DNA of 64,000 nucleotides, from the IMG/VR virus record IMGVR_UViG_3300014039_000012, positions 32,001 to 96,000 of that record. One strand, written 5' to 3'. The notes beneath the pieces are model-generated. The model saw only the letters and a list, made by a program, of their open reading frames with translations. It did no database searches and was not told where the DNA came from. Below are positions 55,812 through 64,000 of the stretch, in pieces; the stretch's first letter is position 1; each line of letters begins with the position of its first letter. A program made the position numbers and the translations under genes. Source of the stretch: a virus (Duplodnaviria; Caudoviricetes).

Positions 55812-56618
55812 ATGGCAATATCTGTTGATTTAACTACTCTTTCTGGTTATTCTACCTTAGAAGAGGGAAAGACTTATAAAATATCTTGCCAAGCGATGGC
55901 AACTGGATATCAAAACTCCGATATGTCTGCGACTGTAAATTATACAGTTCCGGAAACAACAAAAACTCTTCCGGCTGGAACGTATGAGTGGGTTACAGAT
56001 AGTTCTGGTTGGTCGTCTTGGACAGAAGAATTTAATTTTATAAGCAATGGAAAACAATACACAAAAATGTCTTTGGTTGCCGGAACAAGTAGCATTCGAT
56101 TTTACTATTATGGAAATTCTGAGACGGCCGGAAGAGTTCTTGTGTCAAATGGATCGCAATGGACAGACGAAGTTTATAAAACGTTTACAATAATTGAAGA
56201 CCAGACGGTTTCTTCAAGCTTTTATACGTGGGCCGTTACTAATGGAAATCTCGAGAAAAAAGAACCGGAAACATGGCTATTGAATGAGACTCTCGACAAC
56301 GTACTTCGTGTCTATTATGGTCCATATGATTCTATTGAAAATTTTGCAACTTCTGTAGTAAATGGAAGTGGAGCATATTGGGTAATTGGTTTTACAAGTT
56401 ATGATCAGAATTATGGCGCTATTGGGTATGATCAATCTTCGGTGGCACAATCAGGAGCAGACGGCGCGGCAACATTGGTGTACTCTGTTGTTGAAACTAC
56501 GGGTGCCAAACCGACGACATGGTGGGTCGATGACGCATATCGGACTATCACATTCTCGCAGCCTGTTACCAATGAAACCCTACTTGCTTGGCTTGAAACG
56601 AACGGAACAAAACAATAA
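55812..56618 (+). CDS. Virion accessory protein beginning with the C-terminal half of an Fn3-like domain
   Basis: MAISVDLTTL...TYKISCQAMATGYQNSDMS; two W.D..Y(K/R)T.T. modules. Confidence 0.65.
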   Translation: MAISVDLTTLSGYSTLEEGKTYKISCQAMATGYQNSDMSATVNYTVPETTKTLPAGTYEWVTDSSGWSSWTEEFNFISNGKQYTKMSLVAGTSSIRFYYYGNSETAGRVLVSNGSQWTDEVYKTFTIIEDQTVSSSFYTWAVTNGNLEKKEPETWLLNETLDNVLRVYYGPYDSIENFATSVVNGSGAYWVIGFTSYDQNYGAIGYDQSSVAQSGADGAATLVYSVVETTGAKPTTWWVDDAYRTITFSQPVTNETLLAWLETNGTKQ

Positions 56619-56645
56619 TTTTTATTAAAAAGGAGAAAATCAAAA

Positions 56646-56978
56646 ATGATTACGCTCGAAGATTTTACAAAAAATGCAAATGGTACCTATCGCCAGGTAC
56701 TTTCTCTTAAACCGACCGACTCTCTTGATGAACTGCCTTCCGCAGTTCGTCCTATGAGTCCGGAATATTTCGCGGTTACTGTCGATTATGGTGTTCCTGC
56801 TGACGGCTCTGTAGCCATTGTTGAAGGTGGAGCATCTTATCTCTACTCAAATGGTGTCTGGGCAGAATCTCGCGGTCCTGCGGTTTTAAAAGAGTTGGAA
56901 GTGGATACGAATGGTACTTATGAACCAGATGAGGGTGTTGACGGTTATAGTAAGGTTACCGTTAATGTTAATGCCTGA
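56646..56978 (+). CDS. Virion accessory protein (paralogue of 28895)
   Basis: RPMSPEYF..DYGVPADGS; NGTYEPDEGVDGYSKVTVNV. Confidence 0.7.
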   Translation: MITLEDFTKNANGTYRQVLSLKPTDSLDELPSAVRPMSPEYFAVTVDYGVPADGSVAIVEGGASYLYSNGVWAESRGPAVLKELEVDTNGTYEPDEGVDGYSKVTVNVNA

Positions 56979-56995
56979 TAAAATGATGGTTTCAT
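56978..56995. promoter_or_regulatory. ATAAAA-N6-TTTYAT site, copy 3
   Basis: ATAAAA tgatgg TTTCAT overlapping the stop codon. Confidence 0.5.
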
Positions 56996-57032
56996 CAATT
57001 AAAATTATTTATTAAGAGAAAGGAGATAAATT

Positions 57033-57875
57033 ATGTCAACTTTTTTGACCCCGCCTGTATGGTATGGTAGTTCTGGAGAAGAAGACAAATCCTTAGTCAA
57101 TACCAAGACTTATGCCGCTGGTGGGCCTGACAACACTCCCTTTGGATATCTCGCAGTAGCTGGAAATCCAAATGGGGACAGTTTTGGAGCGGTAGCTATT
57201 GGATGTCAAGCACAAGCAACGGCGAGTAAGGCAATAGCAATTGGTTCTTATGATGAGAATGGAACAAGTCGCGATGTAATTGCTGCCGGGACTGGTTCAA
57301 TCGCAATTGGTGCAGGAGCTAAAGTAGAAGCAACTGGTGGAATGGCAATTGGTACTGGTTCAAGCGCCTTAGAAGGCGGTATTGCCATTGGAGAAAGTGC
57401 TTCTGCTTCTGGAAATATGATTCAAATCGGAAATCCAAGCACAAGATATGATTTAAAGATTGGAAATGGAAATTTTTCTCTCGTGAAAGGTTCGACTGCA
57501 CAAAACGGAGGAAATTGGATCAGTATAACAAGCGATGGAATTTCCGAAGGGTTATATCTTGTAAGATATGGCGGTGGTACACATATGAATGTTGTATATT
57601 TAATGGCTCCAATTACCATTACAGAACAAACTACCGGAACAACATCGGTAAACGATTGGTACTTTCCATATAGCACAGGGGAATTTCCTGTAACAGTAAA
57701 CAGCGTCAAAGTACCGGTTGATAAGAGCTATTATTTAAAAGTAGATAAAACTAGCACATCTTCAAATTTAAAAATTATTGCTGGAAGCTATACATACAAT
57801 AGTAGCCAAACACAGGCAACATTTACAAAAGATACAGATGCAACGGCGTACACTTATTTATTTAGAATTCTTTAA
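57033..57875 (+). CDS. YadA-head-repeat adhesin (paralogue of 12622)
   Basis: TPPVWY start; AIAIG repeats. Confidence 0.75.
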   Translation: MSTFLTPPVWYGSSGEEDKSLVNTKTYAAGGPDNTPFGYLAVAGNPNGDSFGAVAIGCQAQATASKAIAIGSYDENGTSRDVIAAGTGSIAIGAGAKVEATGGMAIGTGSSALEGGIAIGESASASGNMIQIGNPSTRYDLKIGNGNFSLVKGSTAQNGGNWISITSDGISEGLYLVRYGGGTHMNVVYLMAPITITEQTTGTTSVNDWYFPYSTGEFPVTVNSVKVPVDKSYYLKVDKTSTSSNLKIIAGSYTYNSSQTQATFTKDTDATAYTYLFRIL

Positions 57876-57883
57876 AATCCCTC

Positions 57884-57912
57884 TTGACAAATCAATTTTT
57901 TTATGCTATAAT
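57884..57912 (+). promoter_or_regulatory. SigA-type promoter with extended -10
   Basis: CCTC-TTGACA-17-TATAAT with TG. Confidence 0.85.
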
Positions 57913-57980
57913 ATAACCAGCGGAAACCACTCCAATTCTAAAATTAATTTTTCGAAGAAAGGCGGCTTCAAAAAAGGACA

Positions 57981-57998
57981 ATAAAACAGACATTTTAT
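57981..57998. promoter_or_regulatory. ATAAAA-N6-TTTTAT site, copy 4 (inside a larger inverted repeat)
   Basis: ATAAAA cagaca TTTTAT enclosed by AAGAAAGGCGGC / GCCGCCTTTCTT. Confidence 0.5.
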
Positions 57999-58047
57999 GG
58001 CCGCCTTTCTTGCGGAAAAGCTTAAAGCTTAAAAGGAGATAAGAAAG

Positions 58048-58383
58048 ATGATTTCACCTATCAAAAGAATTATCGAAAATATCAGAGCGAAGCGTGAGGA
58101 GAAGAAAACAATTGAGCAATATCTTCGAGCTTGCGAAATTTTCGATAGATTAAAAGACAACTGCGGTTATGTTTCAGTCGGAGATTGTTTATGGTCGTTT
58201 AGTGATCCGGAATCATTTTTCTGGTGGGTTCGCGGAGAGGACGATGGTAAATTTACAAAAGACGCCACTCTTCTTCACGAGCGCTACGTTAGACGTTCAA
58301 TTGCGAAAACTCTCGGATGTTCGACAATCGAAGAATTTACTGAAAAGATTAAAAATTATATTCTAAAAGGAGAAAAGATTTAA
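58048..58383 (+). CDS. Hypothetical protein
   Basis: SD AAGGAG; first gene after a promoter. Confidence 0.65.
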   Translation: MISPIKRIIENIRAKREEKKTIEQYLRACEIFDRLKDNCGYVSVGDCLWSFSDPESFFWWVRGEDDGKFTKDATLLHERYVRRSIAKTLGCSTIEEFTEKIKNYILKGEKI

Positions 58384-58386
58384 GTT

Positions 58387-58638
58387 ATGAAGAATTCCAA
58401 TTACGATGTAAGAGTAGTTGAAGGAAGGACCAAAACTTGGTCTCCGTATGATTTGCAAAACGCAAGTTTTGATGACGTCCTTGCAGCGCTAAAAGACATC
58501 TTCGAAGGAGCATATGAAGAGGGTCGAAGAGCGGGATTTGAATCCGGCCTTGAACAAGCTCGTGGTTGTTGCGAAGAGTGCGAGGATTTCGAAGATTTGG
58601 AAGATGATTACGACATAGACGAGGTAATGGGGCGATGA
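58387..58638 (+). CDS. Small acidic hypothetical protein
   Basis: SD AAGGAG; ATGA overlap with the next gene. Confidence 0.6.
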   Translation: MKNSNYDVRVVEGRTKTWSPYDLQNASFDDVLAALKDIFEGAYEEGRRAGFESGLEQARGCCEECEDFEDLEDDYDIDEVMGR

Positions 58639-59156
58639 GAAGCAAAGAGGAAAAATTAAAAAAGAAGTTTTTCGACAAAAAGCAGAAGGCTTCCGAAAAA
58701 GACTACCAATTGAATGTTTGGAAATTTTGGAACGATGGGAATATTTTCCGGAGAATCAGTGGATTTTTCAACAAGGTGAAATACGCAAGAGACCGCGCCC
58801 GTAAAGGATTCTGCGATTACGATCTTTGGGATATGGATATTTTTCTTGTCGATTTGATCATCCGATCTCTCGAAGAGCATAAGGAGTATACGTGCGGATA
58901 TCCTGACGGTAAATATTCGAGTTTCGAAGATTGGACAAATGCCATCGAGGAAGGAATCAATCATTTTAAGAAATATAAATATTTGATGAACGATGACAAT
59001 AACATATATTACCTCGCGTATATGCAGGTAATCAGAAAAGAAGACGGTTCCGACAAGTTTGATGCTGAAAGTAGAGAAATGTATGAGGAAGCACAAAACG
59101 AACTTCGTCTTGGGTTTGAATTTTTGATTGAAAATCTGCGGCATCTTTGGTGGTAA
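58635..59156 (+). CDS. Hypothetical phage protein
   Basis: RARKGFCDYDLWDMD...LRHLWW. Confidence 0.65.
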   Translation: MRSKEEKLKKKFFDKKQKASEKDYQLNVWKFWNDGNIFRRISGFFNKVKYARDRARKGFCDYDLWDMDIFLVDLIIRSLEEHKEYTCGYPDGKYSSFEDWTNAIEEGINHFKKYKYLMNDDNNIYYLAYMQVIRKEDGSDKFDAESREMYEEAQNELRLGFEFLIENLRHLWW

Positions 59157-59173
59157 GCGAAAGGAGATAAAAA

Positions 59174-60433
59174 GTGGATAAGAAAAGATTGAAAGTTTCC
59201 GTTTATGCCATTATGAAGGACGAAGAGCAGTTCTTCGATCGTTGGATTGAATCAATGTGGGACAATGGTAATGGAGCGGATGAAATTTGTGTGCTTGACA
59301 CTGGTTCGGAAGATGGTTGGGAGGAGTTATTATACGCGGCGGCAGATAAGGCCGGAATGCCCGCTGATTATCTAAAAGTCGATCAAAAGGTTTATTCTCC
59401 GTGGAGATTTGACATTCCTCGTAATGACAGTATGAAATTAATTTCGGATGACGCTGATATCTGCATTTGCACGGACTTGGATGAGATTCTGAAGCCCGGT
59501 TGGGGGACGGAACTTCGTAGGGTTGCAGAAGAGAATCCAACTGCTGGACAGATTTACTATTATTATGCTTGGAGCAGTGATGAAAAGACTGGCGAAGCAA
59601 AAAGATATTTCTGGTATAATAAATGTCATCGGAATCCGAAATATGGAGTCGAATGGAAGTATCCGGTTCACGAAACGTTAACATATAGCGACGAGTATCA
59701 GAAAATGTTTCCTAACAGCGCTCGAATGACCGACCAGACGATTTGGTTGTGGCACTATCCTGATCAAACAAAGAGTCGCGGAAGTTATCTTGGACTTCTT
59801 GAGCTTCGAGCACAGGAATCACCAGAAGATATGTACGGATTATTTTATCTTGCTCGCGAATATACTTTCCGTGGAATGTGGGATAAATGTTACCAATGGG
59901 CATCCTATTTGCTTGCGAGAATCAAGTCGACAGGCAATGACGATATGTTGATGGAGCCGGCGGTATATGTTTTGCTCGGAGAGGCGAGCGACAGAATTGG
60001 TGCGGTAGATGAATGCGAGTTCTATTATAAGGAAGCGATTAAACTCTATCCGACATATAGAGATTCGTATATTAGACTGGCGCAAAAGTTCGCATATTCC
60101 AACCGTCCTGCGGAATGTTTTGAAGTTTTGAAGGAAATGGACGAAAAGTCTGAAAGAGTTCGAGACTGGAGAAATCTGGATTATATGTGGCGTGAGTGGA
60201 AGACTTGTCAAATCAGAGCAGATGCGCTAATGTGGATGGGTCGATATCTTGAAGCCGCCGAAGAAATGCAGAAAGCGGTTGTTGATATTAAGTCAGATGA
60301 TGACACAAGAGAGGCTCGACAAGAAGGATTTTATGGGGATTTGAAATTCTTGCAAAATAAGTTGAGCGCATTATCGAGAGCGAATGAGGAAACAAACAAG
60401 GCATCGGAAGAAGCAAAAGAGACAAAAGAATAA
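59174..60433 (+). CDS. GT2 glycosyltransferase with C-terminal TPR repeats
   Basis: VYAIMKDE, VLDTGSED, RNDS, DLDE, PVHETL; TPR-like FYLAREY and YYKEAIKLYP. Confidence 0.85.
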   Translation: MDKKRLKVSVYAIMKDEEQFFDRWIESMWDNGNGADEICVLDTGSEDGWEELLYAAADKAGMPADYLKVDQKVYSPWRFDIPRNDSMKLISDDADICICTDLDEILKPGWGTELRRVAEENPTAGQIYYYYAWSSDEKTGEAKRYFWYNKCHRNPKYGVEWKYPVHETLTYSDEYQKMFPNSARMTDQTIWLWHYPDQTKSRGSYLGLLELRAQESPEDMYGLFYLAREYTFRGMWDKCYQWASYLLARIKSTGNDDMLMEPAVYVLLGEASDRIGAVDECEFYYKEAIKLYPTYRDSYIRLAQKFAYSNRPAECFEVLKEMDEKSERVRDWRNLDYMWREWKTCQIRADALMWMGRYLEAAEEMQKAVVDIKSDDDTREARQEGFYGDLKFLQNKLSALSRANEETNKASEEAKETKE

Positions 60434-60438
60434 TTACT

Positions 60439-60469
60439 AAAAAAGAGGGGATTATACCCCTCTTTTTTT
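60439..60469 (+). terminator. Intrinsic (bidirectional-type) terminator
   Basis: AAAAAAGAGGGG / CCCCTCTTTTTTT. Confidence 0.85.
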
Positions 60470-60488
60470 ATGCGTTTTAACAAAATGA

Positions 60489-60506
60489 ATAAAACAATCC
60501 TTTTAT
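60489..60506. promoter_or_regulatory. ATAAAA-N6-TTTTAT site, copy 5
   Basis: ATAAAA caatcc TTTTAT, 12 nt upstream of a -35 box. Confidence 0.5.
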
Positions 60507-60518
60507 TTGCAAAACCTC

Positions 60519-60547
60519 TTGACAAATCAAAACTTTTATGGTATACT
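60519..60547 (+). promoter_or_regulatory. SigA-type promoter with extended -10
   Basis: CCTC-TTGACA-17-TATACT with TG. Confidence 0.8.
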
Positions 60548-60594
60548 ATACTTGCGGTGAAAGACCGAAATTATATTAAAGGAGCGAAAACGAA

Positions 60595-61239
60595 GTGAAA
60601 GCTATTTTACCCGAAAACACAAATACCGAATACAATCCTAATCGAAAGCAGAAAAGAAAGATGCTTCAAAGTCTGAATCGAAAGGCAAAGCGTCCAATTA
60701 CAAAGGACGAGTTTGAACAGTTTCTGATGGTTCAGAGACTTCGTCACGGAGACGTTCGAGATAACGATATCCGCAAGATGGCAATGAACAACGTTGCCCA
60801 TTACGACAATCCCGACAAGTTCCCGAATGGAATTGAAGTTAAGCTGAATTATGCAGAGATTTCGCAGAGAAAGCGCGAGGACTTCCGCGAGGAATATTGG
60901 CAGTGGGTCGAGGAGCATAAGGATGATGTCTTCCATCTTGATCGCGAGGAAAACGCAAGCTCCCTTGTTTGTCTGGCAGAAGATGAAAGATATCGGGAAG
61001 TGGATGGAGAGAAGGTTAGAATTCCGAGATGGGAGTTTGACCTGTTTGCCGATCTGCTGGTTAAGAATGAGGCTGGAGAATTTGTGTCTCCGTGGGACAT
61101 TCCTGACAGTACTGGAGATTTTGTAGATTCGACTGTTGCCAACGAAGTTCTCGCTGAAAGAGAAAATGAAAAGGCGGCAGAAGCGAAGAAGGAAGATGTT
61201 GTTGAAACACCCGTAGAAACTTGCAGGGAGTCGGTGTGA
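60595..61239 (+). CDS. Hypothetical protein
   Basis: SD AAGGAG; GTG start; 214 aa. Confidence 0.65.
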   Translation: MKAILPENTNTEYNPNRKQKRKMLQSLNRKAKRPITKDEFEQFLMVQRLRHGDVRDNDIRKMAMNNVAHYDNPDKFPNGIEVKLNYAEISQRKREDFREEYWQWVEEHKDDVFHLDREENASSLVCLAEDERYREVDGEKVRIPRWEFDLFADLLVKNEAGEFVSPWDIPDSTGDFVDSTVANEVLAERENEKAAEAKKEDVVETPVETCRESV

Positions 61240-61397
61240 AAATTTATGCCGTAATGGATCTCAATTATTATGGAAATGAGATCAAAGGATTATTTTTAGG
61301 TGAACAAAACGCCGAAAAGTACATTGAAAAAATTATGCAGTCAGACGATGATTATTTGGATTTGTTTATTTCCGAGTTTTCGGTTTTGGATGCGTGA
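61236..61397 (+). CDS. Small hypothetical protein (53 aa, absent from ORF track)
   Basis: GTGA overlap with the upstream stop; SD GGGAG; MKIYAVMDLNYYGNEIKGLF... Confidence 0.55.
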   Translation: MKIYAVMDLNYYGNEIKGLFLGEQNAEKYIEKIMQSDDDYLDLFISEFSVLDA

Positions 61398-61414
61398 AGA
61401 AAGGAGAAGACGAA

Positions 61415-62053
61415 ATGTCAATGGTTGAATATAATAAGATCGAGACGATTTATCGTCGCGATGAAAAAACAAAGAAACTTGTTATCGGAGAGTTTACCAA
61501 TCCGACGATTGAGTTTTGTAAAGATCTTCCGTGGACTTTTACGGAAAAGATTGACGGAACTTCAATGCGAGCCTATTGGGATGGTCACACGGTAACATTT
61601 GGCGGAAGAACAGACAGAGCACAGATTCCAGCGCCTCTTGTTAATCGAATGAATGAGCTTTTTGGCGGAGAGGCGAACGCACAGTTATTCGAACAGAAGT
61701 TCGGAGAAACGGAAGTTATTCTTTTCGGAGAAGGATATGGACCGAAGATTCAGAACGGCGGAGGTTATCGAGACGATGTTGACTTCATCCTTTTTGACAT
61801 TATGATTGCTGGAAATTATCAGCCTCGTTCTTCGGTAGAAGATATTGCCCAGTATTTTGGTATCGATATTGTTCCGATTGTTTTGGAGGGAACTATTGCC
61901 GAAGGCGTTGATTACGTCCTCCACAATCGTAAGAGCCTGATTGCGAAGAATGGGGCGCTGATTGAGGGGCTTGTCGGAAGACCGAAAATCGAACTTCGGG
62001 ATAGGGTTGGCAAGAGATTGATTTGTAAGATTAAGTACAAAGATTTCGAGTAA
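61415..62053 (+). CDS. RNA ligase (Rnl2-like nucleotidyltransferase domain)
   Basis: TEKIDGT (KxDG), LFGEGYG, FILFDI, EGLVGRP, ICKIK. Confidence 0.85.
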   Translation: MSMVEYNKIETIYRRDEKTKKLVIGEFTNPTIEFCKDLPWTFTEKIDGTSMRAYWDGHTVTFGGRTDRAQIPAPLVNRMNELFGGEANAQLFEQKFGETEVILFGEGYGPKIQNGGGYRDDVDFILFDIMIAGNYQPRSSVEDIAQYFGIDIVPIVLEGTIAEGVDYVLHNRKSLIAKNGALIEGLVGRPKIELRDRVGKRLICKIKYKDFE

Positions 62054-62071
62054 AAATTTTTGAAAAACCTC

Positions 62072-62100
62072 TTGACAAAAGAGGAGAAATATGTTATAAT
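62072..62100 (+). promoter_or_regulatory. SigA-type promoter with extended -10
   Basis: CCTC-TTGACA-17-TATAAT with TG. Confidence 0.85.
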
Positions 62101-62168
62101 ATAATCGTGGCGGAGAAAGCCCCGAATAAACGAAAATATTTTTAATTAATGAAACGGAGATTTTAACG

Positions 62169-63311
62169 ATGGCAGCAACATTTGAATTCGTAGGAAAGCT
62201 GAAGAAAATCGAAAAGGAAACCGAGAAGTTTAAGGCGTTTGACGAGAAGCGTTATGATTCCGGTTGGACTAATCAGACTTTCAAATTCAATGCGATTAAC
62301 GGCAATAACTCGCATATTATGCAGATTCGCGCCGGATTTTGGAGTAAAGCAGATAGCTCGGTAGACGTGAGTAAGATGAAGATTTATGCACGGTCGAAGG
62401 CAGAGGGCGGTGCAAAGAGCCAGCAGTTGGAAGTAGCATTCGCTGATAGAACGAATCCCGAAGTCCTTGCTAAGATCGCGTATTACAGCAAGTTTGGAAT
62501 TAACCTGAATAAGCCCGGCGAAGAGAAGCTTGCTTCTAATGATCGCGAGTATCTTTTTGAGGGCGATTTTATGAATGCTCTTCGTAAGCTGATGGATAAT
62601 CCAAATTTCACCGGACGTAAGATTCGTATTAAAGGGAATGTAGATTTCCAGTATGGCGAAAGCACTGGTGTTTTCTATCGTACTTTTACACCGACTCGTG
62701 TCTGGCTTGCCGGCGATGATGAGAAAGAAATGATGAAGATGTCCGTTGATCTGATTTACGGTCCGGAGTCGATTGATGAAAGTGACGATGGTATTGTTCG
62801 TGTGAATTGCTATCATAGATATTACGACGTGAATTATCGTAAGGATGCTTGCAAGGGACAGACGACTTGTCCGATTCAGTTTGTTGTAAGAGATCAGAAG
62901 ATTTTCGACCTCGTTTGTCGCAGATTTACAAACTTCCCCGACGAGTGCAAGTTTGCAAAGACAGATGTAATGCTTGATGTCATCAATGGCACAGAGATGG
63001 TGTCGCTGACATATGATGATCTTTCTGATGAGGCGAAGGAAAATATCGATTTCGGTCTTTCTACTCTCGAGGATGAGATTCGTCTCGCTGGAGGAACCGC
63101 ATTTGGAGATCGCGTAACAGAACTGCGTTTTGCAAGTTCGAGAAATATTCAGGGGACGGCATATGAGGCGGAAGATCTGTTTCCTCCGAGACACGATGGT
63201 GTTGATGATAGAGACATCAGCGAAGTTGATGAAGCAGACGATACGAAGAGTGGACTTTCAACAGAGAAAAAGGCTGACGATGAAGATTTCGATCTGTTCG
63301 GAGATCTTTAA
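62169..63311 (+). CDS. Putative single-stranded DNA-binding protein
   Basis: OB-like FEFVGKL start; acidic aromatic tail DDEDFDLFGDL. Confidence 0.5.
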   Translation: MAATFEFVGKLKKIEKETEKFKAFDEKRYDSGWTNQTFKFNAINGNNSHIMQIRAGFWSKADSSVDVSKMKIYARSKAEGGAKSQQLEVAFADRTNPEVLAKIAYYSKFGINLNKPGEEKLASNDREYLFEGDFMNALRKLMDNPNFTGRKIRIKGNVDFQYGESTGVFYRTFTPTRVWLAGDDEKEMMKMSVDLIYGPESIDESDDGIVRVNCYHRYYDVNYRKDACKGQTTCPIQFVVRDQKIFDLVCRRFTNFPDECKFAKTDVMLDVINGTEMVSLTYDDLSDEAKENIDFGLSTLEDEIRLAGGTAFGDRVTELRFASSRNIQGTAYEAEDLFPPRHDGVDDRDISEVDEADDTKSGLSTEKKADDEDFDLFGDL

Positions 63312-63384
63312 TTAATAAGGATGTGTGGGCAGATGGATTGAAGATGGATGGATGAGAATCTGTCTGCTCACACAAAATTGAAGT

Positions 63385-64000
63385 ATGGAAGAAAAAGAAG
63401 ACAGACGTTGGTGCGTTTATATGCACGTTTTTCCGAATAATAAAAAATATGTTGGAATAACGTGTGAAAAACCACAAAATAGGTGGGGTAAGGATGGCAG
63501 TGGATATTTAACAGTTCGAAACGGGAAATATACACAACCGGCTATTGCCAATGCAATCAATAAATATTGTCCAAATAGTGGGGATTGGGATAATCTTGTA
63601 AAACATAAGGTTTTATTTGAAAATCTTACCCAAAGTGAAGCTGGCGAAAAAGAGAAATATTTAATAAAAAAATATGATACTACAAATGGGTTATACGGAT
63701 ATAATATTAGAGAAGGTGGAATTGATGGCATAAATGCAGGATTGTGTTATCCAGTTATTCAATTAGATCTATTTGGAAATTATATTGCGAGATATAAAAG
63801 CTGTGCGGAGGCCGGGGTATTACTAGATATAGACGAAAGATATATAGTAGATTGTAAAAATCATAATAGAGGTTGTGCTTGTGGTTTTATATTTATATCG
63901 GAGGAAGAATACGATCCAAATAAAGATTATAAGTATAAATTTCGCGGAATAGAGGTTGTGCAATTTACTATAGAGGGAGAGTATCTTAAAACATTCTTAA
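63385..64000 (+). CDS. GIY-YIG homing endonuclease with NUMOD1 repeats, 3'-truncated
   Basis: WCVYMH...KYVGIT...RW, EKYLI, GYNI..GG; VIQLDLFGNYI and VVQFTIEGEYL NUMOD1-like segments. Confidence 0.85.
   Translation, partial: MEEKEDRRWCVYMHVFPNNKKYVGITCEKPQNRWGKDGSGYLTVRNGKYTQPAIANAINKYCPNSGDWDNLVKHKVLFENLTQSEAGEKEKYLIKKYDTTNGLYGYNIREGGIDGINAGLCYPVIQLDLFGNYIARYKSCAEAGVLLDIDERYIVDCKNHNRGCACGFIFISEEEYDPNKDYKYKFRGIEVVQFTIEGEYLKTFL

Overview
The window is part of a large, AT-rich tailed phage genome, probably infecting a gut Bacillota/Clostridia host (inferred from SigA-type promoters, strong SD sites and anaerobic nrdDG). All credible genes are on the + strand. About 1-50 kb is a tail/virion module: tail tube, many fibre/adhesin genes (collagen GPT repeats, YadA-head repeats, Mtd_N-type domains), a tyrosine recombinase, a RuvC-like resolvase, a holin, a glycosyltransferase and a giant tape-measure gene. 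The main finding is that tape-measure gene (15177-27200, about 3875 aa after removing a group I intron). Its N-terminal part carries the ordered motifs of a single-chain two-barrel RNA polymerase (NADYDGD, RxP, R-x7-R), followed by a RecB/Cas4-like PD-(D/E)xK nuclease, all fused to the tape-measure domain. Its intron must break one canonical splice rule (probably ending in omega-A). From 51 kb: dUTPase, NrdH, nrdD (intein plus group I intron), nrdG, an FTR-like protein, a displaced structural mini-cassette, a GT2-TPR glycosyltransferase, an Rnl2-type RNA ligase, an SSB-like gene and a GIY-YIG endonuclease. Other signals are a split Fn3-like domain spread over separate genes, a recurring ATAAAA-N6-TTTYAT site, an orphan IS200/IS605 right end and a candidate sRNA. 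All calls come from reading motifs by eye; no database searches were run.
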